Shown in pieces: positions 38,610 through 48,872 of a DNA stretch of 64,000 nucleotides. The DNA lies in NCBI GenBank assembly GCA_018060185.1, contig JAGOWQ010000005.1:15194-79193 (forward strand), read 5' to 3'. Origin of the DNA: Leptotrichiaceae bacterium (GTDB taxonomy: Bacteria; Fusobacteriota; Fusobacteriia; Fusobacteriales; Leptotrichiaceae). A model generated the notes under the pieces. It was not told where the DNA came from, ran no database searches, and was given only the letters and a program-made list of their open reading frames with translations. The translations under genes and the position numbers were made by a program. The number at the start of each line of letters is the position of its first letter. Position 1 is the first letter of the stretch.

Positions 38610-39449
38610 TTAATTATTATTTGAAACGTGAATATCCATTTGAGGAAAAGGTATTTTTATATTATTTTCATCAAATTTCAACTTTATCTTTTCATTTAAT
38701 TTTAGTCTTAACTTAAAATAATTTTCGCTTTTTACATAAGCATATACACAGAAAACTATTGATGAGTCCCCTAATTCAAGAACACCTATTATAGGCTCTG
38801 GTATTTTTAACACCATTTTTCCTTCTCCTATCTTTTCTTCATTTAAAACTTCATTTAGAACATTTTTCACTTTCATAATATCACTATCATAAGAAACTCC
38901 AACTTTCAAATCTAATCTTCTAACTTTTTCCTTTGTCATATTTCTAATTTCGTTATTTGTTATTAATCCATTTGGTATAATAACTAACTCATTTTGTGGT
39001 GTTTTTATTCTTGTATAAAATAATTCTATACTTTTTACATCCCCAATATAAGTTTCATACTCAATCGTATGACCTACTTTAAAAGGTTTAAAAGTCAAAA
39101 TAATTAAACCCCCACAGATATTTCCTAGTGTCTCTTTAAAAGCTAAACCTAAAATAATTCCTGCTGCACCTAAAAAAGTTGTTATAGAAGACAAATTTAT
39201 TCCTAAAAATTCTATAAGAGTGAAACCTAGTATAATGTAATAAAATATTGAAAATCCTGACCTTAAAAATGAAGCGACACTTTTATCTATACTAGATTTT
39301 TCAAGTAATGATTTTATTACTCTATCTATATGTTTTTTTAACATACTTGATATTTTAAACACTACTATTATAATAAATATTTTAAGTAAATTTGTCTGTA
39401 GAAATTGATATAAGTTTTTCCATTCAAAAAATTTTTGTATTTCGCTCAT
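38610..39449 (-). CDS. mscS: small-conductance mechanosensitive channel (MscS family)
   Basis: 279 aa with three N-terminal TM helices and an MscS beta-domain pattern (FKVGHTIEY...GDVKSIELFYTRIKTPQNELVIIPNGLITNNEIRN). Confidence 0.8.
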   Translation of the reverse strand: MSEIQKFFEWKNLYQFLQTNLLKIFIIIVVFKISSMLKKHIDRVIKSLLEKSSIDKSVASFLRSGFSIFYYIILGFTLIEFLGINLSSITTFLGAAGIILGLAFKETLGNICGGLIILTFKPFKVGHTIEYETYIGDVKSIELFYTRIKTPQNELVIIPNGLITNNEIRNMTKEKVRRLDLKVGVSYDSDIMKVKNVLNEVLNEEKIGEGKMVLKIPEPIIGVLELGDSSIVFCVYAYVKSENYFKLRLKLNEKIKLKFDENNIKIPFPQMDIHVSNNN

Positions 39450-39474
39450 ATTACTCCTTTCCTAAATTTCATTT

Positions 39475-40578
39475 CTAAACATTAAATCTAAAGTACATTA
39501 TATCTCCATCATTTACAATATATTCTTTTCCCTCTAAACGCATAGCACCTTTTTCTTTTGAACCACTCCATCCGTTATATTCAATAAATTTATTGAAATC
39601 TACAACTTCCGATCTTATAAATCCTTTTTCAATATCAGAATGAATTTCACTTGCTGCTTTTGGAGCTGTCGTTCCACGTTTTATAGTCCAAGCCCTTACT
39701 TCTTTTTCTCCTGCAGTAAAATATGTTATAAGTCCCAAAAGTTTAAAACCTCCTCTTATAAGCCTATTTAAACTGGGCTCAGTTATTCCCAATTCATCAA
39801 TAAACATTTGTCTTTCTTCTTCATCTTCTATTTCTATGAGTTCTGCTTCTACTTTAGCAGAGAAAGTAACTACTTCACTTTTATGATCTTCAGCAAATTT
39901 TCTTATTTTTTTTACATAATCATTTTCTACTCCTCCAGTTAAATCTTCCTCAGAAATATTAGCTGCAAACATCATAGGTTTAACTGTTAAAAATTGATAT
40001 ACCTTTATTAATTCTTCTTCTCTTTGAGTTAATTCTAAAGTTTTAAGAAGATTAAATTCTTCCAAATGTATTTTACACTTTTCAAGTACTGCTAAAAGCT
40101 CTTTTCCTTCTGCATTTCCACCTCTAGCCAATTTATGATTTTTTTGTAGAGCTCTTTCTACTGTGTCTATATCTGCAAAAATTAACTCATTATTTATTGT
40201 TTCTATATCTCTAATTGGATCTACACTACCTTCAACATGAATTATATTATCATCATCAAAGCATCTAACAACTTGACATATTGCTGCTGTATTTCTTATA
40301 TTAGATAAAAATTGATTTCCAAGTCCTTCCCCCTTAGAAGCTCCCTTTACAAGTCCAGCTATATCAACAAATTCTACTGTTGCTCCAAGTGTTCTTTTAG
40401 GATTAACTATTTTTTCTAATTCTTTTAGTCTCAAATCAGGTACACTTACTAACCCCACATTTGGTTCTATCGTTGCAAAAGGATAATTTGCCGCCTCTGC
40501 ATTTTGAGTTTTTGTTATTGCATTAAATAATGTTGATTTTCCAACATTAGGTAATCCTACTATACCTATTCCTATCAT
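39475..40578 (-). CDS. ychF: redox-regulated ribosome-binding ATPase YchF
   Basis: 367 aa with [16 protein letters not shown], a TGS-like C-terminus and the conserved ending ...[10 protein letters not shown]. Confidence 0.9.
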   Translation of the reverse strand: MIGIGIVGLPNVGKSTLFNAITKTQNAEAANYPFATIEPNVGLVSVPDLRLKELEKIVNPKRTLGATVEFVDIAGLVKGASKGEGLGNQFLSNIRNTAAICQVVRCFDDDNIIHVEGSVDPIRDIETINNELIFADIDTVERALQKNHKLARGGNAEGKELLAVLEKCKIHLEEFNLLKTLELTQREEELIKVYQFLTVKPMMFAANISEEDLTGGVENDYVKKIRKFAEDHKSEVVTFSAKVEAELIEIEDEEERQMFIDELGITEPSLNRLIRGGFKLLGLITYFTAGEKEVRAWTIKRGTTAPKAASEIHSDIEKGFIRSEVVDFNKFIEYNGWSGSKEKGAMRLEGKEYIVNDGDIMYFRFNV

Positions 40579-41124
40579 TTATTCTATTCCTTCCTTATTT
40601 AATTTTTCAAATATTTTTATTAACTGCCATTTTTCTTTATCAGTGGCCTTAAACAAATATGCTTTATTATATATCGGAATTACTTTTATATCTCCGATAT
40701 AATCATAAATTTTTCCGACCATATTGTATATATCTTCTTTAGTATTTAATAATTTTTTTGTGGGATTTTCTCCCACTGTAATTATATATTTAGGATTTAA
40801 AATAGCAATTTGACCTATTAAAAAATCAAAACATTTGTCTACATTATCTTTTTCTATTAATTCACCATGAGAACTGCATTTTGTAAGTGTAGTAAAATAA
40901 CATTTAGATATATCTAATTTAGAGTATTCTAAAAATTTTTTTAAATACTCTCCTTTTTTATCTAAAAGCAAATCTCCTTTAACATCTTCGTCTTCACTTA
41001 TATTATCCATTATAAATAATATTTTTGATTGCTTATTTCCTTTCCCTGGAATTGCATTTTTTCTGGTTCTTTCTAATATGCATTTATTACATATTCCTAT
41101 TTCCATTTCCAAATCATTCCACAT
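40579..41124 (-). CDS. uracil-DNA glycosylase family-4-like protein (catalytic motifs appear degenerate)
   Basis: 181 aa with an N-terminal CNKC plus later Cys residues, fitting a 4Fe-4S family-4 UDG fold. It reads ILFIMDNISEDED where GEAPG is expected, and YNKAY where HPS/HPA is expected. Confidence 0.55.
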   Translation of the reverse strand: MWNDLEMEIGICNKCILERTRKNAIPGKGNKQSKILFIMDNISEDEDVKGDLLLDKKGEYLKKFLEYSKLDISKCYFTTLTKCSSHGELIEKDNVDKCFDFLIGQIAILNPKYIITVGENPTKKLLNTKEDIYNMVGKIYDYIGDIKVIPIYNKAYLFKATDKEKWQLIKIFEKLNKEGIE

Positions 41125-41153
41125 TACATTAAAACCTCTTATTTCTTTTAATT

Positions 41154-41927
41154 TTAAACTCCATAGATTTTTGTTTCATTTTCAGAAACAATCTCTATTT
41201 CTAAATGGCTTTTATTATCTCTTTCTAACATTTCATATAGTGAACTATAAGCTAATTCAGGTGTATTATTGTCTTTACTTATATGCATTAAATATACTTT
41301 TTTCAATTTATCTGACATAACTTGAGATACTAGCTTTGATGCTTCTGTATTTGACAGATGACCATTTCTTCCTTTAACTCTATTTTTTAATTCCCAATGG
41401 TAAGAACCTGTCATAAGCATATTATAATCATAGTTACTTTCAACGACTATTACATCACTATTTTTAAAATTTTCTTTTATAATATTATTTGTACAACCCA
41501 CATCACTAGCATAAGCTAATTTTTTATCAGAGTATTCAAACGTATATCCTAGACATATTTCAGCATCATGCATAACTTCAAAATTATTTATAACACAATT
41601 GTCAATTACCGTTTTATTTTCCCTAATAAATTTTATGTTTTTAGGATCTATTTTACCTATTTTATCTCTTATTATTCCATAAGTTATTTCATGTAAATAT
41701 ATTGGTATATTATATTTTCTCGATACAACTCCCAATCCTTGAATATGGTCTGAATGTTCATGAGTAACGAAAATACCATTTACATCTTCTATTCTTCTTT
41801 CTATATTGTTCAACTTTTCTACTAATCTTTTTCCACTAAATCCAGCGTCAATTAGAAATTTTTTATTTCCCATTTCTATATAACTTGAATTTCCACTGCT
41901 TCCACTTCCTAATACTGAAAATTTCAT
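41154..41927 (-). CDS. MBL-fold metallo-hydrolase (YycJ/WalJ-like)
   Basis: 257 aa with FVTHEHSDHIQG and a later NGHLSN motif. Confidence 0.8.
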   Translation of the reverse strand: MKFSVLGSGSSGNSSYIEMGNKKFLIDAGFSGKRLVEKLNNIERRIEDVNGIFVTHEHSDHIQGLGVVSRKYNIPIYLHEITYGIIRDKIGKIDPKNIKFIRENKTVIDNCVINNFEVMHDAEICLGYTFEYSDKKLAYASDVGCTNNIIKENFKNSDVIVVESNYDYNMLMTGSYHWELKNRVKGRNGHLSNTEASKLVSQVMSDKLKKVYLMHISKDNNTPELAYSSLYEMLERDNKSHLEIEIVSENETKIYGV

Positions 41928-41953
41928 CTGTCTTTCTATCTCCGATTCTAAAT

Positions 41954-42394
41954 TTAATACTCAATATTTGGGGATATTTTCCCTGTTTCAATATCGTAAA
42001 CCCAACCACCTTTATTATCTTTTTTGGAAAAAACTTTATTGGTACTAGATATTCCCTTCTCTATATTACCGTGTACCTCATGAATTTTTTCATCTCCATA
42101 AAATAATTCAAATGTGTAATTTCCTTGATAATTTTTTATATTCTTTAAATTATTTTCATTTCCTTCTAATTTAGGATACTCACCTGTTCTAATTTTATAA
42201 CTTTCAATGGCATTTTTCAATCTTGCCGTTTCAATATTTAAATCAGCTAATTTTATCCGCTCTACTCTTTTTGAAAAAATAAAAATGGACAATATAAAAG
42301 CAATTGTAGATACTATTAATAAAAAAAATATTTTAATTATTATTTTTATAATTTTTTTTCTAATATTTTCATTTAAGTCATTGAAGTTTGCCAT
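41954..42394 (-). CDS. hypothetical single-pass membrane protein (pseudopilin-G-like ectodomain pattern, no prepilin motif)
   Basis: 146 aa with one TM helix (IIKIFFLLIVSTIAFILSIFIF). This is followed by ADLNIETARLKNAIESYKIRTGEYP, which resembles the GspG/pilin alpha-beta core. There is no G-F-T-L-I-E cleavage site. Confidence 0.5.
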   Translation of the reverse strand: MANFNDLNENIRKKIIKIIIKIFFLLIVSTIAFILSIFIFSKRVERIKLADLNIETARLKNAIESYKIRTGEYPKLEGNENNLKNIKNYQGNYTFELFYGDEKIHEVHGNIEKGISSTNKVFSKKDNKGGWVYDIETGKISPNIEY

Positions 42395-42411
42395 GATAAA
42401 TACTCCCTATA

Positions 42412-43539
42412 TTATTTTTTCTTATTAAACATAGAAGATCTTACTATTAATTTTACTCCTTTTGGAAGAGTTATTTCAATTTTTAAAGGTCCTCTTTTTA
42501 CATTTATCCAACCTAATCCTGCTATTGCTACATCTTCATTTGTATTAATTGTAAACACTTTTGTTTCAAATTCATTTTCAAAAAATTTCTTTTTTTCTTC
42601 TCCTGTTATTATATTAAAAAAATTTCCTTTTAATAATTCATTGACTCTATCTTCTCTTGTTACATGAAATTTTACATCCTTTGAAGAATATACTGAAAAT
42701 ATTGGCTTATACTCTATATTTTTATTTTCTAAAATTTTAAATCTACATAAAGAGTCAAACATAAATACTTGATTTTCTTCCAATTTAAAAGTCTTTCTAG
42801 ATATTTCACTTGAAGGAACAAACTTTAATCCTGTTTCTGCTGACAATAAATCAGTTATTCTGCCTTTAGGAATCAATCCTGGAGTATCTATAATCGTTAT
42901 ATCTGTATCTGGTATTTTATTATTTATTGATTTTAAAGTTGTTCCAGAATATTTAGATGTAGTTATTTTACTTTTTCCTAATAATAGATTTATAACTGAA
43001 GATTTTCCGACATTAGATGCTCCAAGTACAACTGCTTTTGTATTACCCTTTGGAAAAAAATGTTTTATTTTTCTAATTATCCCATTTATCCCATATTTAT
43101 TTTTAGCACTTATAAAAGCTATATCGTCAGGAATTATATCTTCTTCTCTAAGTCTATCCTTAACCCAATTAGATATTTCTGTAGGATGTATAAAATCAGG
43201 CAAAAGATCAATTTTATTTATTAAAATGATAGATCTATAATCTCTTAAATAATCTATTATTTCTTCTGTAAAAGAGCCTTCAAAATCTATAATATCAAAT
43301 ATTGGTAAAATTATATTAGCTTTTTTTACAGATTCCATAACTTCTTTTGAATAATCTTCTTTATTAAAATTATTTACTAAATTTTGACCATAATATTTTA
43401 TTTTAAAACATCTTTGACAAAGAGGTGCTTCTTCTGTTATAAATTTTTCTTCAGGAACGTATCCTTCTTTTTTATTATCTTCATATTGTAGTTCAATACC
43501 ACAACCTGCACATTTCTTTTTTATCAATTTTTCCTCCAT
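42412..43539 (-). CDS. yqeH: ribosome biogenesis GTPase YqeH (circularly permuted)
   Basis: 375 aa with an N-terminal Zn ribbon (CAGCG...CQRC). The G-motif order is permuted: NKIDL comes before GASNVGKSS. Confidence 0.85.
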   Translation of the reverse strand: MEEKLIKKKCAGCGIELQYEDNKKEGYVPEEKFITEEAPLCQRCFKIKYYGQNLVNNFNKEDYSKEVMESVKKANIILPIFDIIDFEGSFTEEIIDYLRDYRSIILINKIDLLPDFIHPTEISNWVKDRLREEDIIPDDIAFISAKNKYGINGIIRKIKHFFPKGNTKAVVLGASNVGKSSVINLLLGKSKITTSKYSGTTLKSINNKIPDTDITIIDTPGLIPKGRITDLLSAETGLKFVPSSEISRKTFKLEENQVFMFDSLCRFKILENKNIEYKPIFSVYSSKDVKFHVTREDRVNELLKGNFFNIITGEEKKKFFENEFETKVFTINTNEDVAIAGLGWINVKRGPLKIEITLPKGVKLIVRSSMFNKKK

Positions 43540-43548
43540 TTTTACTTT

Positions 43549-44481
43549 TTATTCTTTTGCCATAGGATGTGTTTTCATATACACATCTTTTAAAAAGGCT
43601 TTACTTATATGAGTATACACCTGTGTAGTAGAAATACTACTATGTCCCAATAGTTCTTGTAAATACCTTATATCAACCCCATTATTCAGTAATTCTGTTG
43701 CAAAAGTATGCCTAAAAATATGAGGTGTAACTTCTTTTTGAAGTTCAGATTTTTTAGCATAATCTGAAATTAATCTTCTAAGTGATCTAGTCGTCAATTT
43801 TTCTCCTCGACTATTAGTAAATACAACATCTCTACTATAATTTTTATATGTTTTCATTTTTTCTTCTATATATTTTTTTAGCCATTTTTTTGTAGTTTCA
43901 CTAAAAAATGTTATTCTTTCTTTATTTCCTTTTCCAATAACTCTTATTTCTCTTTCTTCGGTATTTATCATATTTTCACTTAAATCTATTAGTTCTCCAG
44001 CACGAATTCCACTGGAATATAATAATTCTATTATAAGACGATCTCTTATCCCTGTTATTTTAGAAGTATCTATGCTTTCTCTTAGTTTATTAATATCTTC
44101 TTTATTTAAAACATTTGGAAGTTCTTTTTCAAATTTAGGCATAGTTATATATGTAACTTTATTTGTTTTAACTATATCTTTTTCTTGTAAATATTTAAAA
44201 AATGTTCTAAGTGCAGATATTTTCCTATTTATACTTCTTTTAGAAATACTCTTTGATTCTTTACTATTCTCAATATTGCTATTTGAATTTAAATACGCAA
44301 TAAATGATCTGAAAGTCATTGTTTCAATTTCTTCAAAAGTTTTTATTTCTTCATATTCATTTAAATAATCAATAAACTGAGTTATATCTTTTTTATATCC
44401 TTTTATTGTATTTAGACTTTTCCCTACTATTACTTCCTCATAATATAAAAACTTTTCTGCATATTCCATAAAATTATCCAT
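43549..44481 (-). CDS. tyrosine site-specific recombinase, XerC/XerD family
   Basis: 310 aa with the catalytic pattern R...HIFRHTFAT...LLGHSSISTTQVYTH. Lies directly after topA, in dprA-topA-xerC/codV-like synteny. Confidence 0.8.
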   Translation of the reverse strand: MDNFMEYAEKFLYYEEVIVGKSLNTIKGYKKDITQFIDYLNEYEEIKTFEEIETMTFRSFIAYLNSNSNIENSKESKSISKRSINRKISALRTFFKYLQEKDIVKTNKVTYITMPKFEKELPNVLNKEDINKLRESIDTSKITGIRDRLIIELLYSSGIRAGELIDLSENMINTEEREIRVIGKGNKERITFFSETTKKWLKKYIEEKMKTYKNYSRDVVFTNSRGEKLTTRSLRRLISDYAKKSELQKEVTPHIFRHTFATELLNNGVDIRYLQELLGHSSISTTQVYTHISKAFLKDVYMKTHPMAKE

Positions 44482-44492
44482 ATTTTACTCCA

Positions 44493-46880
44493 TTACTTAC
44501 TTTTGGATGTTGTTTTTTTTGAAATCTTTTTTGTTGATGTTTTTTTTGTAGTTGTTTTTTTAGTTGTAGATTTAGCTTTAACTTCTACTTTTTTAGATGT
44601 TTTTTTCTTAGTTGTTTTTTTACTATTCGACTTTTTATTTTTAGGTATGGCTTTTATATTTTTGCATTCAGGATAACCTGTACAAGCTAAAAACTTTCCA
44701 AATCTTCCCATTTTTATTTCAAAAGTACTACCACATTTTTCACAAACTCCTGCTTCTTCTTTAATCTTATTTTCTTCTTCAAGGATATTTAATAAATCAT
44801 CATTTATCTGAATAATACCGTCAACTTCATTTATAGCATTCTTTTTCAATTTTTGTTTAATTGGTATCGGTAAAGGCATTCTTTTTTCATCATTTTCATA
44901 ATCCTCACTTTCAAGATACTCACCAAATCTTCCTTTTTTCAATAAATATCTTTTTCCATTTTCTGTAAAATAATCAGTTAAAATACCTTTTTTTTCAGAT
45001 TTCAACTTTTCAACTTCACTATTGACAAAAATATGACCTTTTTCAATTTCTTCAGGATTAATTGCTACACCTTTTAAAGTAACTTTTTCTTCTTGGTCAG
45101 TTTCACTTATTAAATATTTCCCAAATCTTCCTGTTTTTAGAAGCATCGGTTTTCCCTTAGAGTCCATTACATCAGATATTATTTTTCTATTTTTTAATTT
45201 TTCTATTTCACTTTCATATTTTCCTAAATCTTCTTCAAGGGAATTATAAAAATTTCTAAGTAATTCTATCCACTCTACATTTCCATCTTCTATTTTATCT
45301 AATTCTTTTTCCATATTTGCAGTGAATTTTACATTCATTATATCTTGGAAATTTTTAAGTATTTCATTTTTAACTTCATATCCTAAAAATGTAGGATAAA
45401 ATCTTTTTTCTATTAATTCTGCATATTCTCTAGTTTTCAATGTTTCAACTATAGATGCGTAAGTAGATGGTCTTCCGATTCCTTCTGATTCAAGTTTTTT
45501 CACTAAAGTAGCTTCTGAGTATCTAGTAGGTGCTTTTGTTATTCCTTCTTCTATATTTAAAGCTTCAATAATATATTCGTCTCCCTCTTTTAATTGAGGA
45601 AAATCTCCTGTTTTAATTTCATCTTCTTCTTTAAATATTTTATAATATCCTTTAAAAATAACTTTATTTATAGTCCCTCTAAATTTATAGTCACCATTTC
45701 TAGCATTTATTTGCATTTGTTCATATTTCATAGCCGCAAATTGTGAAACTAAAAATCTATTCCATATTAATTTATAAAGCTTATATTGATCGTTTGTAAG
45801 ATAAGGTTGTATTTCGTCAGGTTCTAAATTGATATCAGACGGTCTAATCCCTTCATGCGCATCTTGTACATTACCACTTGCTTTTTTTTGTACATAATAA
45901 CCTACATACTCTTTTCCATATTTTGATACTATATAATCTTTTGCCATTTTTATAGCATCTTGAGATACTCTTGTAGAATCTGTTCTCATATATGTTATAA
46001 GACCTCTTTGCTCTCCTGCTATAGAAATCCCTTCATATAACTGTTGAGCTATTCTCATTGTTTTAGTAGCACCATATCCCAAATATGAAGAAGCAAGTTG
46101 CTGTAGTACACTTGTTTTAAAAACTAAAGGTGGCCTTTGGCTTTTCTTTTTAACTTCTACACTTTCTAGTGTAAGATATTTTCCTTTTAGATCTTTTTCT
46201 AATTTAGTAACTACTTTTTTATCAAATATTTTATCTATTTTTTCTTCTGATATTTCAACTAAATTAACTTTTATATCATTTTCCAAAATTGCATTTACTT
46301 CCCAATATATTTCTGGTTTAAATGATTTTATTTCATCTTCTAAATCACATATTAATTTTAATGCTACTGATTGAACTCTTCCTGCGCTAGCATTTTTATT
46401 TATTGTTTTCCATAGTAATGGACTTATTTTATAACCAACTATTCTATCGAGTAGTCTTCTAGCTTGCTGTGCATTTACTAGATTTTCATTTATATCTCTT
46501 GGATTTTTTATTGCATTATTTACTGCCGTTTTAGTTATTTCATTAAATTCTATTCTCTTAGTTTTTTTAGGCTGATTTATATAATTAGATATGTGCCAAG
46601 CTATTGCTTCCCCTTCTCTATCTTGGTCCGAGGCTAGATAGACCTCTGTAGCAGTTTTAGACTTTTCTTTTAATTTTTTTAATACTTCACTTTTTCCTTT
46701 TATTACTTGATATTTAGGTTCAAAATTATTTTCTATATCTATTCCAATTTTAGTCTTAGGTAAATCTATTACGTGACCATAAGAAGCTGTAACTTCGTAT
46801 CCTTTCCCCAATATTTTTTCTATTGTTTTTGCTTTTGATGGCGATTCTACTATTACAAGTTTTTTAGCCAATTTTTTCAC
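44493..46880 (-). CDS. topA: DNA topoisomerase I
   Basis: 795 aa with a TOPRIM N-terminus (LVIVESPSKAKT), active-site region YMRTDS and a C-terminal Zn ribbon (CEKCGS...CTGYPEC). It ends in a K/T/S-rich basic tail. Confidence 0.92.
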   Translation of the reverse strand: MKKLAKKLVIVESPSKAKTIEKILGKGYEVTASYGHVIDLPKTKIGIDIENNFEPKYQVIKGKSEVLKKLKEKSKTATEVYLASDQDREGEAIAWHISNYINQPKKTKRIEFNEITKTAVNNAIKNPRDINENLVNAQQARRLLDRIVGYKISPLLWKTINKNASAGRVQSVALKLICDLEDEIKSFKPEIYWEVNAILENDIKVNLVEISEEKIDKIFDKKVVTKLEKDLKGKYLTLESVEVKKKSQRPPLVFKTSVLQQLASSYLGYGATKTMRIAQQLYEGISIAGEQRGLITYMRTDSTRVSQDAIKMAKDYIVSKYGKEYVGYYVQKKASGNVQDAHEGIRPSDINLEPDEIQPYLTNDQYKLYKLIWNRFLVSQFAAMKYEQMQINARNGDYKFRGTINKVIFKGYYKIFKEEDEIKTGDFPQLKEGDEYIIEALNIEEGITKAPTRYSEATLVKKLESEGIGRPSTYASIVETLKTREYAELIEKRFYPTFLGYEVKNEILKNFQDIMNVKFTANMEKELDKIEDGNVEWIELLRNFYNSLEEDLGKYESEIEKLKNRKIISDVMDSKGKPMLLKTGRFGKYLISETDQEEKVTLKGVAINPEEIEKGHIFVNSEVEKLKSEKKGILTDYFTENGKRYLLKKGRFGEYLESEDYENDEKRMPLPIPIKQKLKKNAINEVDGIIQINDDLLNILEEENKIKEEAGVCEKCGSTFEIKMGRFGKFLACTGYPECKNIKAIPKNKKSNSKKTTKKKTSKKVEVKAKSTTKKTTTKKTSTKKISKKTTSKSK

Positions 46881-46898
46881 CTCACATTCTTAATATTT

Positions 46899-47987
46899 TT
46901 ATATTATTCTCATATACTTTGCTGTTCCTGTTTCTATTATAAGTCCTTTTATCTTTAAGCTCATTAATATAGAAAGTATTTCATTTAAAGAAAATTTACT
47001 AATACTTTCATTTGATTTTTCAAATAATTCTTCTATACTTATTTCTTCAGTCATAATATTAAATATTATTTTTTCATTTTCATTTAATTTTTTTACTTTT
47101 GTCTTTTCTATATTAATATCCCACAAAAATTCCTTTGCTATATCTTCTGCACATGTCACTAGTTTTGCCTTATTTTCTTTTATAAGATTATTACAACCTT
47201 CAAAAGAAGGATAATTTATAAAACCTGGAATAGCAAATATTTCTTTATTCATAGAAAAACCTAATTCTGCAGTAATAAGAGAACCACCTGATTTAAAACT
47301 TTCTCCTATTAATATCCCATCAGCAAGACCTGCTATTATCCTATTTCTTCTTGGAAAGGTCCACTTTGAAGGCTGTGTTCCTAAAGGATATTCACTAATT
47401 ACTGTACCAGTGTCATATATTTTTTCTAATAAATATTTATTTTCGTAAGGATAAACTATATCAAGACCTGTTCCAACTACAGCAATAGTATTTTCTGATT
47501 TCTCTACTGACATAGTTAAAGCTGCTGTATCTATTCCCTCTGCCAAACCACTTATTAAGGTTATATCGTAGTCTAATAATTCTTTTACAATTTTTTCACA
47601 TGCACTTTTACCAAATTTTGTCATTTTTCTAGTTCCCACTACTGCTATATTTTTCCTTAATTTTTGATTTTCATTATTAAAATTGGCTTTTTTATATATT
47701 TTTTTACCTTTGACATACAAAAACAAGGGATAATCTACGACTTCTTTCAATATTTTCGGATATTCCCTACCGTTTGCATTAATTATTCTTATTTCATTTT
47801 TTTCATATTTCTCTAAAATGTTACTTAAATTTATTTTATTTGCTTTTTCTAATTTAAATTTTAAATCATCATTAAAAAGTTTAAAATTTTCATTATTGTA
47901 TAAATCTTCATAATTTTTATAAAGTTTCATTAACTTTCTAATGTGAGATTCTTTCATTCCTATTTCTTTAAGTTTAATCCACCCCAT
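46899..47987 (-). CDS. dprA: DNA-processing protein DprA
   Basis: 362 aa with a Rossmann-like core (IAVVGTRKMTKFG...LISGLAEGIDTAA...GSLITA). Upstream of topA. Confidence 0.85.
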   Translation of the reverse strand: MGWIKLKEIGMKESHIRKLMKLYKNYEDLYNNENFKLFNDDLKFKLEKANKINLSNILEKYEKNEIRIINANGREYPKILKEVVDYPLFLYVKGKKIYKKANFNNENQKLRKNIAVVGTRKMTKFGKSACEKIVKELLDYDITLISGLAEGIDTAALTMSVEKSENTIAVVGTGLDIVYPYENKYLLEKIYDTGTVISEYPLGTQPSKWTFPRRNRIIAGLADGILIGESFKSGGSLITAELGFSMNKEIFAIPGFINYPSFEGCNNLIKENKAKLVTCAEDIAKEFLWDINIEKTKVKKLNENEKIIFNIMTEEISIEELFEKSNESISKFSLNEILSILMSLKIKGLIIETGTAKYMRII

Positions 47988-48014
47988 TAAACTCCCCCTA
48001 TTAATAACCTCAAA

Positions 48015-48830
48015 TTATTTATTTGCTATTATATCATTTAACTCACTAATTGCCCTGCTAACCTCTTTATTAGGATTCGAATTAGCATATGATCTTAGAT
48101 ACTCTAAGGCTTTGTTATATTCTCCTTTTGATTTATATGATATCCCTATTCCAAGCCTAGCCTCTGCCTGACCTGGTGATTTTGATAATATTCTATTATA
48201 GTAATCTATTGATTGATCGTAATTTCCAGTCAATCTTGAGGCGATAGCAACTACATATAAATTTCTAATATCTCCTGAAGTATCTTTTTTAGCTATATTC
48301 TCAGCTCTTTCATATAATCCATCTTTAAAATATAACTGACTTAATTGATATATTGTTGAAGCATTTCTTCTAGCTAATGCTGCTTTTTCATATTCGTTAT
48401 AACTTTTAAACTTAGAACCATCTGATACATCTTCTGTAACTCCCACAGGTAATGTCCCTGTATCTTCCCCAGGAGCAGGAGTAACTATATCTGTTGCTAA
48501 AGTTTCTGTTTGTGCTCCACCTAAAGCATTGGTTATTATATTACCTATTTCATTTTGTGCATTATTTACAGTATTAGCACTCTTTGTATTAGCTGCATTT
48601 TGAGTATTTTTCTTACTTGATATTTCATTAAGTAAATTTTGAATTGATTCTTTTTCCTTAATACTTACATTAGGGCTATTTAGCAATTTTTTTGCTTCTC
48701 TTTCGGCTCTATCATATTTACCTTGTTGAATAAGTGAATCAATATTTTGAATTTTACCAAGTAAATCTCCTCTTAAAATCACTGACATTGCAAAAACTAT
48801 CATTAGTCCTACTATTATTTTCTTTTTCAT
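48015..48830 (-). CDS. TPR-repeat secreted or membrane-anchored protein
   Basis: Signal/anchor MKKKIIVGLMIVFAMSVIL. C-terminal TPR-like repeats (YNRILSKSPGQAEARLGIGISYKSKGEYNKALEYL). The ATG at 48830 follows a GGAGGA SD. The track start is TTG. Confidence 0.7.
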   Translation of the reverse strand: MKKKIIVGLMIVFAMSVILRGDLLGKIQNIDSLIQQGKYDRAEREAKKLLNSPNVSIKEKESIQNLLNEISSKKNTQNAANTKSANTVNNAQNEIGNIITNALGGAQTETLATDIVTPAPGEDTGTLPVGVTEDVSDGSKFKSYNEYEKAALARRNASTIYQLSQLYFKDGLYERAENIAKKDTSGDIRNLYVVAIASRLTGNYDQSIDYYNRILSKSPGQAEARLGIGISYKSKGEYNKALEYLRSYANSNPNKEVSRAISELNDIIANK

Positions 48831-48872
48831 ATTTCCTCCAAATCTCAAAAATTAAGGTTTTTAATATTTTTA

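Noticed and set aside
43549-44481. Tyrosine recombinase as a marker of an integrated mobile element.
   Set aside because: It sits in the conserved dprA-topA-xer housekeeping arrangement. No flanking repeats, tRNA target or cargo genes are present, so it fits the chromosome-dimer-resolution Xer type.
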